Shown here in pieces: positions 35,701 to 50,600 of a stretch of DNA of 64,000 bases; positions within the stretch are counted from its first letter, which is position 1, and each line of letters opens with the position of its first letter. The DNA is from Daphnia carinata (Eukaryota). The notes under the pieces were generated by a model that searched no databases, had not been told where the DNA came from, and saw only the letters and a list, made by a program, of their open reading frames with translations. The position numbers were made by a program, and so were the translations under genes. The DNA is taken from positions 4,030,001-4,094,000 of the forward strand of contig NC_081331.1 of the NCBI RefSeq assembly GCF_022539665.2. Direction: 5' to 3'.

Positions 35701-37939
35701 ATAATGCAACGGGCGATGGCAGCGACCGTCGATCTACACGCGCCGTCAACGCTCACGGCGTCAAATGTCATCAAAAAGAAATAGGAAAGAGTGCCACGTG
35801 ACCGACGCCAACCCACGGTCTCAAATTTTGCACGCCACTTGGTTTTACATGCAGCGTTACCGTCTCGGTCGATTTTCGAGTCAAAACGACACCGTGACGC
35901 TCAGCCTGTTTTTTACAAGTAGAACGATCTTATTCGATCTACATTATAGATATACATTCCACGAATTTCAAGTTTGAACTTGAAATTCTTGGGACATTGA
36001 TTCATTCAAACGGTGAACTACCCTCACGAACATGCGTGTCATGCATACATCTAAACACAATCAATTCAAATAAAAAAATGATTTCTTTTGTTTAGCGAAT
36101 TTGAACCGTATAATAGTTGACATTCTCACAGCGTTCGTTCATCCAGCATTAAGTTGTAGACGCTGGAACTATAGCCATGGCAGACAGGCATATGCTATTT
36201 AAATCCATTTCATTTTTATAAATTGAACATTTGTGTAGACGTAAAGAATACATCATCTTCCACTTTACTAGCGGTAAAAGATATGATTGAGAAAAAAAAC
36301 CATAGTTCTGTGTACACGCCTTTTGTTATAAACGAAAAGGTTGAGAAATATCCATCCCGTATCATGGAAAAAAAAACGAGGGAGGAAATTGATGCGTGAA
36401 ACAACTTCTAAGGGGGGGGGGGGAGGAAGTGTAGTGGAAGAAGAGAGAACGACGCCCAGGCACGCGACCGGAACGTGCTCCATTGCTTCGGCATCCACAT
36501 CCTTCATAGATTCTACATAGACCCTAACTGAACATAGACTGTACTATACACAGCGTAGTGTTAGTGTGTGTTACCCTAGCCCATCACTTGGGTAAGTTCT
36601 TTGGCACTGTCTCTCGACTCCCGGTTTTTCAGCCAGCATCAGTGGCGTGCGGCCAGAGCATCCAGCTTGGACATATTAGTCTAATTAGGAGTGGAGCATG
36701 TGAAACGGAGACTTGTGCTGATGCTGTAGTTCCACGCTTCTTCCCTATATCCTTTCGTTCTTTTCCATCCCTCTTTCAACGTACTGTATCGATGGTATAA
36801 CATTGCGGCTCTTTGCCGGTTGGAGTTGCCTTTTCCCGATCCGGGGTCCCTGAAGCGTCAGTCAGGTTATCTATTTCCGCAAAAAAATATACGTTTTGCT
36901 TCGAGCAATGGTATGTTCTCATTTATGTAAACCTATACGCAACAATTGGTGAATACGATCCACGGTTGGCCGGTTCAATAATTATGGCCTATATTAGGCC
37001 GGTGGGTATGGCCTACATTAGAAAGGATTCTGTTCACACTTGATTGAAGGTAGACAATATTGAGACGAGAAGAACTCAATGCAAAGACAGGAACGTTTAT
37101 TGTTTCATCATGAAAATCGTCACTGAGAATGACGTTGATGACATTCCCCGACGGCAACTTTTTTAAGGGATGTGCTGAACACATCGCAACAGCCGCCGTC
37201 AGCGGTGAGGAATCTCGTGTATAAATTAATGTATGTAAATCCATTTTTTAAACACATATTCCATAGAATTTCAACCAAAAAGGGCTTTTCGTTAAACAAC
37301 CAAAAAAAATTTGAGAAAAAAAGAAAAATAAAACAAACCAAAAAAGGATCAAAAGATCTGCTTCACTTGGCACGATCTCTAGTCCCCGAAAGAAAATTAA
37401 TTGATTATTCCTTTAGATCACGAACCGATCGTAATCGGAAAAACGAAACTATTTTGCAAGAATCCCCCCGAGCAAATCGTGAACTTAAATGTGTCACAAA
37501 AAGAACCTTGTAGAAAAGAAAAAAGAAAGGGATCGGATTATGCAGCTGAAGGACGATAACAATCTACATCAACTCTACACCGACGTCGTGTAGTACACAA
37601 GTCTTTATATAGATTCATAAAGAGAGCAAATTCAACGACGTCGTTAGCGATGTCATAGTCCTACGTAACGCTGGCAAAATGTGAAACTGCAACAAAAACT
37701 CGATTGAAAAAGAAAAAAAAAATCAAAACAAAAATTACAAAGAGCAAAGACGACAGCACCAAATCATTGAGAGACACAATCAATTTCGAGAATTCGAAGT
37801 TGTCCTCTCTTCGTCTCCATATTGTACGTATATAGTTGCGTTTGTTTGGGTACCAATCAGTTGGCAATCATTGTGTATATTAAGGGTCAAAAAATTCTAT
37901 TGTGGTACAGCGGTGTAAGTAGCATGTATGTAGTTATTT

Positions 37940-40900
37940 CTAGTACAGATCACTGAAGACTAAATTGGAGCTGGCGTCTTCGTTGGAGACGGCTGACGAG
38001 TGGGTCATGCCGCCAGCGCTTCCCGGTGGAGTCAGCTCACCCAGGGAGGCCGAAACGCGGTGCGGTTGTTGCGGTTGATGCGGCTGTTGATGATGATGAT
38101 GGTGATGAGGGTGCTGTTGTTGTTGTTCGAGCTGCGACGACGACGCCGACGCTGTCAGAAGGTCGCCATCTTTGATCGAAGACGTTCCGCCAGCCCCTCC
38201 TCCGCCTCCGCCCACTCCGCCTCCGCCGCCACTGCCGCCGCCATCTTGCTGTCGCATTATGTTGCGGCGCCATTTCGCTCTGGCGTTCTGGAACCAAACC
38301 TATTGCGCAGCATTTTCACGAATCAGATATGCAATTGGCAAACACATTGTCCCTTGCTTTTCAATAAGACCCATCCTAGTGGACTATATTCTATACTACT
38401 CTTACTAATGCACATTGAGCTTTAAATTTTTGGCCCATGTTTTATGTTCGTCTATACGTAGGCCTAATGCAAAAAGACTTATAGCTGGTGAGGCCAATAT
38501 ATTTACCTGGAGGACGCGTTTGGAGAGACCCGTTTTTTGAGCCAGTTGTTTGAGATCCTTGGCGTCCGGGTTCTGATTGATGGCGAAGTAGGACTTCATG
38601 GTTCGTAGTTGGTGGTGTTTGAAGGACGTTCGCATCCGCTTTGTCCTCTGTTGTTGCTGCTGTTGTTGGGACGAAGATCCGCCTCCGCCACCTCCACTGG
38701 CGCTTCCGTTTGTGCCCGAACTGTCGTACACCATTCCCTCCATCGAAGACAGATCCGCGCTTGAACCCAACATGTCTGAGCCGCAACCGGTAAAGAAAAT
38801 GAATGCCTTTAATCGTCATTGATTTTTTTTTTTTTTGGTTTCAAGTTCTTGCCGCTATCAGATTTCAAGTGGCTTCGAGTGTAAACAAAACTTTTGCTTC
38901 AACATTTCAATAGATCTCTTGATGGTATAGACGGTATGAATCAAGTTGTTGCATGTGCCGTACGATTCGAAAAGCCGGCACATTCATAGGGAGTTTTTGA
39001 ATAACGATGGATCAATGTTTTCTTAGTCCTTTCGTGAAAAAGGAAAAAAACGAAGCTTCTCGAGAATCTTTTGACGGGTCTTGATAGGAAACCGAAAGGT
39101 CATAAAAACAAGAACTACTTTAGAGGGGAAAAAAAAGCACAAAAAGGGGTCTTATCTGTTTCTATTTTTTAAGGATCGGCATCACCTATTCATACGCACC
39201 ACTTGGGTAAACCGCACAATGCACTAGTTTTTTGTCCTCGTCTCTCAACATATCAACACGAAATCAAAATTCGCTATTGGTCTCCACCTTTCCTCTAATG
39301 GATTTCTCTGGTCATACAACGGGCTACATGTCCGTATCGTTTAATCCCATCATGCCAACATGCTGGAAGAAATGATGCCAGACAACAGATACCTTAAGTA
39401 GTGCAGAAATGCGTACGTAGCAAGCCAGTAGACTGCGCTTTTCTTGGATTTATTTGTTTCATTTTTCCGAGAAAAACAAAGAAAGAAGAGGAAACAAGGA
39501 GCCAATAGTGACACCTGAATCGTTCAGATCACCATGTGGGGTCTTTCAAATTTAAAAAAAAGGAAGCTACTTTCTACTCCAGTGCTCATCACAGCTGCTT
39601 ACAAGTGACAACACACCAGTTCCAAACAAAAAAAAAAAAGGGACGCTGGAACAAGTTGAATAAATCCTTCTGCTAAAGCAAGAGGATCATACCAGAAATT
39701 TTTTAGAGAGTACACCCTGTTATATTTTGTTGCACGATAATAGGTGTGCACGATGTTACCCAGGTGATTTTTGAGGCCACTGTCATCCCTCCGTCCGGAA
39801 GAAAAAGCCACGTGTTGTTAAGATAACCACAGAAGTGCGTCGCTGAAAAACGATCAAGTTGCCACCGTTCCGAACACGTCGCAGAGACGGAACAATCCAG
39901 CGCAACTGGAAAGGGTCGATGGAATCAGAAGGGGGGGAGGGGGAGATCCTTTAGGTCGTTTAGTCGATGACCCCTCTCTTTTCTATCTCACTCTCTCTCT
40001 CCCCATTACATGATAAAAAAGAACGCCTACTACCTTTTGCTCATTATCGGGACTTTGCTATACAACTGAGGTGAACATCTATCGTCTATAGATGATGACT
40101 AGAGTTGGGGAGACAGAAAAAATGATAATGATTGCGTTTCGCTGGGCAAAACCTGGTCATCAGTAAGGATAGAGCGTAGTGCCATAAATTGGTTTAGTCG
40201 ACGCTGTCGGTAGCGATGGCAGGTGTTGCTCACCTGCAGAGCACCCCGCTGTGATCTACCGATAGTGGGGGGTCCAGGGGGGAGAAGAAAAATAGCCAGA
40301 GCAAAAAAAATAAAAATAAAATACAACTAACAAGTAGGGGTTTGACGGATTAATCTACGAACGATGCAGTCGATCCATCGAAGCTTTGCTATAAACAGAG
40401 CCATTTCAAAAGGGCTGCAAAAGACCGAATAGGTTTTGTTATCAAGTTATAACTGATTGTTTGCATTGATGATCCATTTGGGACATAAGCCCATCTCGAG
40501 AATAAGTCTCACATGCCTTTAAAAAAAAAAGAGATCATACCTGCATATTCCACAAGGAAATGCAATTATCCTACGTATTGTAATATATTTTCATCTTTCG
40601 TTTATGGCGAGGGAGCCTGAGAGAAACGTTATCGATTTTCCTCGTCGAGCACAGCAGCGAATGGCCTCGCCCTCTCCACGTCCTTCTTCTCTCAACCCTC
40701 GTTTTTTTTATTTATTATTATTATTTTCTTTTTTTTTTCACATCAGCACGGAGTTCACTGTATTTTGCCCGCTTTCGCCCGTTTATATGCATCGTATGCT
40801 TGTTGGATCGATCGCGAAGCAAGAGAGTCAAAACGGCGTGTAATGCGATACGTCTGCTGGTGGAATAAGGACGGGTGGGAAATAATGTTCTCCTCCTCGT

Positions 40901-43900
40901 CCCACTTCACCCATCGCTTGGGTACACCGTATAGGATGTAGACGAGGCAACATCACATTATGATCGTTATATAACTCTAGGCACATTACACTGTACGGTT
41001 CAGGTTCAGTCAGTGAAAACGGATGCTCCACGAAAGGAGATTTCCCTACATGGTTTACGCGTTTCTTTTATTCTTTCTTCTTCTTGTTTGATTCCTTTTT
41101 TTTAATGGCTGTGTGTTGATTTAACCGATGGCCATTTTTTTAAACAGAGTCTATCCCCAGCTCCCCACAGAAAATCCCGAGGATGGCGGACTGTTCCACA
41201 ATGGGGGTCGCGTGCCGTTTTGTGCTTTGCTTGCGCATTAACCGAAAGTGACTGACGCCGGCGATTAGAATCCATTTACTTTATCGCAGTTGCTAGTTTT
41301 TCATAGTAACAAAATTCCCTTCTTCTTTTATATCAATTTGTATCCAAGTTGCTCTTATTTCGGCGTGACGCGCACGGCCAGGGATTATGAAAGACGTCAC
41401 GGGGATTTGGAGCGCAGAAGCTCAACTGGGACCAAGCAAAATGATCTTGCTCTTTTTTCGAGTCCCGTGTGATTGTCTCACGGTTGAAGCTGTGAAAGAC
41501 GAGAGTACACGACGACGGTTGTCGATTTCTTAATTCGCCGTTTGTTCTGTTTCGCGCACCAGAACACCCGACAGGCCAAATTAGGAACTAGTTGGCCAGC
41601 GACGGTACATAAGCCATCCATTGCTCGATATATTTTAGCTTGCACACGAAAGCTTACGTTGAGCATTATCCCTCTGGTATTGTTCAGGCTCTGGCTGTAT
41701 GCTAAAATATTTTCGAAAGTGACAGGCCTTCAAAAGTGCATTGATTTGAAAACGTGTAGCGTTGGACACAGACTACGAAGTCCACGTGTGAAAGGGGAGA
41801 AATGAGCCGGAGAGGCGCCAGTTATTCGAAGCCAGCTAGGACTGACCCCGAACACGCGACCTCTTTAAACTCGAACTCTCAGCAATCTCTCATTCTTCCA
41901 AACAGTCATCCAGCAGAAAGCGAAGGTCTTTTTCGTCCTATAAAATGCATGTATCTCTATAATGTCAAGCGGAAGGGAGACGCCATGGTGTTGGATATCG
42001 GAGTAAACGGCAGAAGAAGAACGAAAGCGCGGAGTGCGCATGATAAAACAGCGAAAACGGAGAGAAAGTGAAATAGAGATGTCGTTGATAACCTTTCAAT
42101 TAACAGGTTGCATTGGCTGGCTTTGACTGAAATCAATTCGGCCTTGATAGAGTCATTGATCGATGGCTAATGACATCAAGGACGAGAGTCAGCGGTGTCC
42201 TGTTCTTTTAATCTTGCCTGTTGTTGGAAATCGCACGCGGGAAAAAGAAAAACGTCATCATTGATCACGTCTGGTCGAAACTGGGACCTTTTGATTGGGG
42301 AAGTTGAAAAAGAAAAAAAAGAAGCGCATTGACGTAGAATCCCAGCCAAACGAAAAGCAAAAACGAGAAGGCCAACGGAAGAGTCAGCACACGCGCTACC
42401 AATTACGTGGCACGTAGTCGACATTACTCCGCAACCCATTTGAAAAAGTCTCAACATTTTTCTTCCTTAAAAAAAAAAAAAAAGAGAGAGAGAACTGTTG
42501 GCTTGCTGAAGCTTTTTCGATACTATTTTAAGTGACTGGAAAATAAGAAAGCAAAAGACGAAGAGGGGGGGGGGGACTTTCTTTGCCGGAGTTTTCCAAG
42601 TCAACTGTGCGCTGATGGATGGATGGATGAATGACCTGAGCGTCGTGTTTTTTCGGGGGCCCTTGACAGTCCTTAAAAAGACGAAAAAGGTCAGACTGTG
42701 CAGGCTACACTTCTTGTCTCAACATTCACTCACTACGTCATGCAGTCGACGTCTATGTGGACCCCCTCCCATCGTTCTCTTCCACAATGGCAAGCTCCTC
42801 GACGTTCTATTTCATTTTCAGATGCCTCTGCACTTGCAGACTAACGGCGTCAGTGTACATTGGCATTCTCTCAACAGGAAAAGAATGGCGCAAGGTTAGA
42901 GGGGTGACTAAGAAAGCATGATAAAGGAGGGGCCGAGAGGGGGGATCGTTAAGAAACGTATGAAGTTTTGACTTGACCTGTCAAACTGTCATCACTTACG
43001 ACAGTTCACTTTTTTTTTTCTCTCTCTCATTTTCTTCTTTTGTAAGTTAAACCTGATAACATTACACGTAAAGAAAGCAATCAGCTAAATGTGCCGGTTT
43101 GCAACGCAATATATGGAACTAAGACATTCAAGTCCGCCATGAAGCGCGTAACGGTGGTAAAACGAATCTTGAGGACAACGCTCGCACGAACCGCATACGA
43201 TGTTTTTTTGCGTGCACATGATGTAAAAAAAAAAATAGTTCGAAATTCAATCAACTTTAAAAAGGGCTACTCTCGTTTTCTCACGCGTTGTCGGCATTTC
43301 CACACGCAAGTCAAATTAACCGAATTGAAAGGTATACACCGGTGTTGCTCTCGGCGGATAACGGTGATAAATGTTGACACGTCAAATGAAAATGTTCCAG
43401 AATTGGAGATTTCAAAAAAAAAAAAAAAATAATAAATAAATAAACGGGATGCTAGAGTGTGCATGTATATATATGGTGGAATAGCTTAAGCAGATATTTT
43501 GATCTGAAACCGGTATGAACGTCTGGGAACGCATATACAAGGATAGATTGGTTCGGTTTTCAAGTTACGTGGTTGTATCACAAGTGGAGGAGAGATAGCG
43601 ACGACTCGAGATGAGTGAGAGCGCAGGTGCTGCTGCATCACGATCGCATCTCTTCTGCCACTCTAGAAATTCATCTGCATGGAAGTGTTTTGAATCATAA
43701 GGAAAGACAAAAACAAAAAATACAGAGAAAAGCGCTGAAAACGGACTTAGATGTGCTGGGAGTTTTGGGATTCAAATGTTTCTCACTTCAATTTTAAAAA
43801 ATAAAATGAAAAAAAAAACTCTTTGATGGCTCGGATCGCCAATTTCACTTCCAGCGACGAGCTGTTGAAACGCATTCACCGATGTATCAAAGGCCAGCCC

Positions 43901-46900
43901 AAAAATAGAATTTCCCAATAAATTCCATTCGTAAACTAAAATGGATGCAATTAATCGTCGATAACATCATTGACACCAGGTTTTTTTTTTCTTTCGACGT
44001 CTTTCCTCTTTAGTTCTGTACCCCCGTTCGGATTGCCCGTTGAGATTTTGCGTCCTGATTAATTGCCCGATCATTGAAATGAATGACCAGTAACGAATCT
44101 CTCTATTTCCCATCGGCATCTCGAAACCTGTTTTCTCTTCGATTAATATGCTAATCAATTTCTCATTCTTGTTTTTTCGTGTCATGCAAATGGTTTGGAC
44201 ACTTTGCCTCACAGTTGCGCAGTCTGTCATAGAAGCCCCTATGTTTTACAATATCCTTTTCCATTTCGAACACAACGAGCAACACGATCTCTTCCCGGTA
44301 TCGATTGCAAAATAATGAAAGATTTGTTTTAAACTGACCGATTCCTGCAGTGAGTTGTCTCAAATTGGCAGCGTTCAGGTGTTGTTGCTGACCGAGAATG
44401 GACGAGTCCGCGTGATTGCCCGTCGAGCCACCAACATTGCCGTTGTTGTTATTGTTGCCGGAATGGGCGAGAGCGGCCGCTGCTGTCACTGCCGCTGCTG
44501 CAGCCGGAATCTTTCGTTTTCGCGGCCTGCCTTTCTGAACACTGTGATGATGTCCCATCGATCCAGCGCTGGGTGAGCTTCCTCCTAGGCCGGCGTTACC
44601 GAGACCTCCCGATAACGAAGGGAAGAAACTGGAAACAGCCGATCCACTGCCGCCTAAACATCGTTGAAAATCGTTGACTGATGGATTGTGGAGGTAATCT
44701 TGTCCACCGCCGGCCACGCTCCCACCGAAGACGTTCGGACGCATTCCGGATGGATAAGACGCATCGACAGCTGGATCTCCTATGCTGGCTGAAGAGAGGA
44801 TGTTAATCATGTGTTGGCTTGGGCTGACTGATTCCGGCGGTATCAAATGATGCGGATGATGAAATCCTGACGGAGGCAAAAGGCCGTGGTGAGGTCCGCA
44901 CGACGAGAGATCGCAAGGGCCATCTGAGCTGCCCATTAGGCCGTTATTGTTTCCCTGTATGTGCTGATGCGGCATTATTAGGCCGTGCTGATGTGGCTGA
45001 TGCGTTGAGCCCAAGGAACCCGTCGGATGTTGCAGCATCTCGTAGTGAAGTCGGCAATAAACGATGCCGTCCCGCATCCCGAAAATGTCGCCTTTCGTTA
45101 ACGGCTTTGAAGGATTAAAAAAAAAAAACAACAACAATCAAACCTTTCACTTTTATTTAAATGTGTTTTTTTTATTGAATTGAGGCTTTTACCTGGTTGC
45201 ATGCGGCGCAAGTGAAGCAAGCCAGGTGGAAGACGGCGTCGCGGGCTCTCATGACCAGTTCGTTGGATCCGAGCGGCAGGCAACAGCGGTTGCAACGTCT
45301 CACGCCGAACAATCTGCACATAGTCAGAAGATAGGAGATCTATTAGCGTACAGTCACGATTTTTCAAAAATCAAACATCAAGCACTTTTTGCTTTTTAAA
45401 AGGGATTTTGTCCGTTGCTTATTCATTCCTCCTTTTGGTTGGCAGATTGCTGGGTGCAAATAAACGTAGCTGTTGGCCAGTTTCACCTCGTGAATGAATC
45501 ATGAGCTCGAATGGGAAACTAGGGCGGATACAAGGCAACACCTGAACTAGACGTTTGGCGAGAAAAATGTGTAGACGCGTTGCAGGACAGCAATGTGGAA
45601 AGAGTCAGGTGACAACAAGGTGACGTATTCATTATGAATTCCTGACGGTTCGACAACGCTGACGGTTCGCTCTGTTATTCATTTCGATGCTGACGCAACT
45701 GACGGCCGTAAAAAAAAACGGAGACGGGACAGAAAGAATAAACAAACGATGACGAACAAGAAGAGCCCATGGTAAGTGCATCACGCAACGACGACAGTCG
45801 GTGCATTTCCCATACGCATCAAACATGTGGTAAATGTTACGTAGCAGCTCTTTGCATATCTCTAATCTTTGGCCCATTTTTTGCTGTTTACCACTGCCGG
45901 CAATTTACATCGCCATTACGCAATTGACTGGAAAAAAATAACGCATATTTAGCTCATCCTTGTTTATTGCGACCGTAAAAAAAAATCGCATGGCTAACAC
46001 AGTTTGACTAATTTTGTTTGTTTTTTTCCGCTTTTTTACAAGGTCGATTTTGAAAGGCTTGCGGAAGTCGACTCGAATATCCGACCTTTTCTATTTCCTT
46101 TTTGTTGTTGTTGTTGTTTAACTTTGATTGGGTTTTGTTTGTATATACGAAATCTTTATTTTTAACATCAGCTGATGGACGGCCAACATGACCTCCAACG
46201 CGATATTCCATCGGATAGTTACACGATTGATTTATTTTCTTTTGAAGCTTCTTCTTTTTTTTTCTTTTTCCGATACGGGTGATAAGACCGCGCTGATAAC
46301 CCACCATAAGAACCCTACCAAAGAATTGTTTACGAAAAGTCAAACGTTGCTTACTCGTACTCCGCATTTTTTTTTTCCTTATTCGTATCGGGATTGTTCC
46401 AGACAATAAGAACCGCCCAACTTACTTCAGCGAAAAACTGTGATTGCGTTATGTGCGATCCGATTTGAAATTATACGACACTCTGATTAAGTGCTTTCTA
46501 AAACGACACCGACTTCCATTGTGTTAAACGAAAAAGTTGAACGTAGCCTAAATATGTACAGAACTGATGTCACAACGAAAGAAATTTTGCCTCGTGACTT
46601 TTTACTTGTTTCGGCCAAAAGGAAAGTGAATTGAACTCTGTAATTCAAAAATGACGTGATCAAAGCTCACTGTCCATCGTACGAATTGATACACGCTTTC
46701 GTGATTCGTGAGCCACTGAAATATCTGGAGGGAATTTCATCAGCGCTGTACCGTTTTTAGACGCTGACGCAAAACAGCGGTGAAAGTTTGTTTATCAAAA
46801 GCAAACCAAAAAAAAAAAAAAAAAACTCGTTATGCGCTGTTACCTGTAGTAGTCGTCGCGGCAGTAGATGCGTGACTGGCGAGCGAAACAGGAGAGGGCA

Positions 46901-47208
46901 GTGTCTAGCGGCCGTCGGCACTCTCCGCACCTGAGACACTCGCTGTGCCAGGCTCTTTCAACGGCTACCAGATAGTAACGATCGGTGATTTTGAATCCGC
47001 ATCCTCCACAAAGCGTCGTCGGCGACGGCGAATGTTCACTGCCGACAATGCCGCCGATGGTGCTACCGAGCCCGCCGCCCGAGGAGGCTGTTGCGGCCGC
47101 CACGGAATTCGATAGCAACTGATGCATGCTAGCAGACGATTCGTGTTTGATGGTCACTGCAGTGGCCTGTTGATCGTCACCGGCACTCTCAGTCGACATC
47201 ACCGGCAT
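37940..47208 (-). CDS. ap: apterous / Lhx2-9 LIM-homeobox transcription factor, canonical paralogue
   Basis: Exons 47208-46844 (LIM1 CGGCGFKITDRYYL...YCRDDYY), 45313-45193 and 45104-44339 (LIM2 plus QKGRPRKRK), 38775-38507 (RTKRMRTSFKHHQLRTMKSYFAINQNPDAKDLKQLAQKTGLSKRVLQ), 38299-37940 (VWFQNARAKWRR...SDLY*). All junctions are GT-AG and phase-compatible. An in-frame TGA lies 5 codons upstream of the ATG. Confidence 0.95.
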
Positions 47209-47629
47209 GTTGGCCTTCTCTCAAAATCCCGGTCGGCTTTTCTGCACGCACAAATTTTTGTTGCTACCCCGTTCCACCTGTGCAATTCAATCACACACCT
47301 TGATCCTGTTTTAAACGATCCTTCGTCTGGCTGATTTAGTTCCACTGAGTTTCACTTTTCGAACGATATCACTCACTTATTCTTCTTCGAAATGTCGGCT
47401 GATTGGGATTTTGTGCAAAAGCGAAGGTACAGAACGGGGACTGGCGTGAGTCCCGCGTCCGTCGACGGTGACGTCGATTAAGCCTACCACGTCGGCCGAC
47501 TGCTGTTGAAGAATGAAGATCCCGCGGCGGATCGGTTCCTTCACCTTTTCTTTCTCTTGGCTTGGCTTTTGGCTCCAGCTGCAGCCGATTGACCAAAACT
47601 CCGCCTACGACGCGCAGCTCTGCTGCATA

Positions 47630-47645
47630 AGAGGATATATAGAAA
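47630..47645 (-). promoter_or_regulatory. Candidate TATA-like element of the first apterous gene
   Basis: CTATATAT on the minus strand about 430 nt upstream of the ATG. A GTGAGT donor near 47376 suggests a 5'UTR intron. Motif only. Confidence 0.25.
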
Positions 47646-50600
47646 CAGGGGCGCCCAGGGAAGAAGAAGAAGAAGAAAAAAAAAAAAAAGGCGCCCTTCT
47701 CCGCCTGCCCTACACTCCGACTACGATTGTTGTTTGCCGGATCGTTGTGGAGACAAACGACAGCCAGCAGCCCTTCCAAAGAAAAAATAAAAAGCTCGCA
47801 CAACATATACACACGCCCAGCAAAAAGAAAAAGGCAAGATGTTGCTCGCACTTGTCTCTTTCCCTTTTCTTTTGCCAGCGTGCGTCCCTTTTTGTTTTCC
47901 ACGAACGAGGCGGGCGGAAAGTGTGGGTGGCGGCCGGGAGGTCGGAGAAGAGGAGGAATGCTGTGCGCCGAAGTTGAAATGCGTCGGGGTAAGGTCGCGA
48001 GTAGGCGGTTGTTGCGATTCGGGATAGAGACGATGGTGGATGCGAAGGTTTCCCGTTCTTGCACGGCGGCTGGTTTTCTTTTTTTTTTCTCTTTTTATCG
48101 TTTGTTTGTTTGTTGTTTTTTTTTTTTTTTTATTTGTCTGACTGGTGAATCAAATGGTTGAACTTTGTTATCGGTGGATGGAGAGCAGATGGGCAACAAG
48201 CAACGACCGTCCAACGAGTGTAAACTAGTTTAAGAACGACGCCATCATCCACCTCGTTCATTTTTTTGTTTGCTCCGTCCGCTGTGTGCCGCGGCCAGCT
48301 GGGGACGCGTGCGCGCCTGCGTGGCCCCTCGTTGTGACCGCGTTATGGCTACAGCGTTCTCTCTTTCCTTTTCTCCGCTGGTTTCCAAGAAGGAGCAAAA
48401 GCAAGTAAGGAACGAAAAGAAGGAAGGAAGGAAGAACGCCAAAAGCTCTAGAGGGCGGAACTTGAACGATTGGATACAAGGAAAAATGGCCGAGCATATG
48501 GGAGGAGTCTAGAACAGGAAGGTGGAGCTTGGTATCCATTGGTGAGGTATCTTCAATGACGTCACTGTTAGCACGTCCACGTCTCTTTCATTTTTCACGC
48601 TGAGCGGCAGAAGTTCGCGGCTTGTTATTTTCCCGGCGATGATCATACGGTCCCGCAACGTCGTCCCGTCAACTGCTGCGCTCCGTTCTCCTTTTCGTTT
48701 CATCCATTCAACCGGCAACATGATGATTTTATTAGGCCTTTTTGTTTATGACCAAGTGAGCTTTATAGCCGATTTTTGAAAGTGGCCTTCGATTTTCAGC
48801 TGACGTACGTGAAAAAAGTCAATCGATCTCATGTCCGAGTTGACGTCATTACCAATCGCACATTGCTGTCTGTCACTTTCTTGGTAGCCCCATTTTGCTT
48901 GCTGCTGGTTTTTGTTTGAAATGCAGTTCCGATTTGATGGAAAACGTCCGAGCTAAGCTTTCAATCGATGCGAAGACCGATGGAATGTGTGCCAATCGCG
49001 TAACAGGAATTTCGTCCAAAAGACTCCGTGATTTTGAAAAACAAAACTATTCAGCTTTTTTTTTTCGCAATGCAATTTGAGTTTTATCGAAAGAGATCAT
49101 CTTTGAGGACAAATGGTTTCAAGACAGGCGAAAGGCCTTGTCAGGACAAATGACGAACGACGTCACACTATTCAAACAGAGCCTTAGAACAGGAATAATT
49201 AAAAATGAAGAAAAAAAATATGGCCACGTCTTTTGCACACGAAAGAGCATAGACCTGTCAAACGCGACCCAGTTTTAGAAATAACCACTGGGCTCTTTTC
49301 AATGTTATTTAAATAACAAACGACCAATTTTTTTATTGTTATTCAAAAAGAGCTAATTTGTGTTTGTCGATTCGGAGAATTCAAATGTTTTTTTTTTTTT
49401 TTTTTTTTTTTTTTGTTTATTTTTGTTTTTCCCTTCTCTTTTTCCTTTCGGACAACCCCTCCCCCCTTTCGTGCTAACGGGAACCCTTTATCATACGAGT
49501 GGGCCCCGGTTAATGAAGAACCAACCGCCGTCGGCTTGTGTGTGTGCGTGTTTATACACATAGAAAAACAAATGAATATAGGCAACCTCATCAACGGCAT
49601 CATTAACTAATAGGAGTGCCCGCTCATTTAAAGAGGCAAACACTATTAGGTGTATCGAGCCAGGCCTAGACAGGCCTAAATATGTGTACTGCTTGTCTGA
49701 CGATGAAACAAATATAGTTGGTCATCAAGGACCGCCGGGAAGTTGAAAAACCAGTTCGTTCGATGACTGTACGGACGGACATCTTCCCACAAAGGGAAGA
49801 ACACTGCTTAAAGACGGACCAGATCATCCCTTTCCTTGGACTTTCCCTTTTTGAAACTCGAATTCCTTTTAGAGAATATATATTTATATCGTTTCCCTTT
49901 TTTTTTTCTTTATTTAAATGGCCCTGATTTTTGTGTAGTTTTGTTTTGTACCAAGAAGTGAGAGATATCCGACTATTTATACACATCGCAGAACAACAAA
50001 ACGTTGACATTATTAGCCAACAGGGCGAGTCCTTGATGATCTGTTAGCAATTAGAGCTGCGTCAGTATGTAACGGTTTGCTTGGCGATTAGCAATGTTGA
50101 CGTCGCCAAGTTATCATAATTGAGGTTTCCATTTATAAAATGGCCAAAACGCAACACGCGAGAAAGCAGAACCCAGTGCGAACGACAACTTTTCTTTTCC
50201 TGAAATAACGCAATTTTGTTATTTGTCCCGAAATAGTTTTTAATGACATATAGACAGAGATAACCTACAAATAAAAGTTAAACGGCACTTTACGATGTGT
50301 CGAAATCACATTCGGACGTAAAAGAAAAAAAATGAGGAAGGGGAGACGTGACATTATCCTGCAACAAAGGGACACAATGAACAAGTTGCGTAATGATTTC
50401 TCTGCATGTCTATCGTGCAACTATATAGCAGGGCAATCAGCGAGAGAAACTGTTGAGATTTCTTTTTTAAAGAGAAGTGAGTGGGATTTTTATTTCGGAG
50501 TAGAGGGGGGTGTGTGTCAGTGACAGCTCAAACAAGAAGCAGCGGTGCACAGGCAAAAGAGAAGCGGTAATACACTCGTACAGAGGGAAAACGAGACAGC

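Noticed and set aside
28000..37500. Possible additional gene between the AKNA-like gene and ap
   Set aside because: Only short ORFs without domains or linked splice sites; more likely regulatory or intergenic DNA.
47369..48064. 231-aa minus-strand ORF upstream of ap
   Set aside because: It runs through a poly-T tract and the likely promoter/5'UTR, has no domain, and an in-frame stop precedes the ap ATG.
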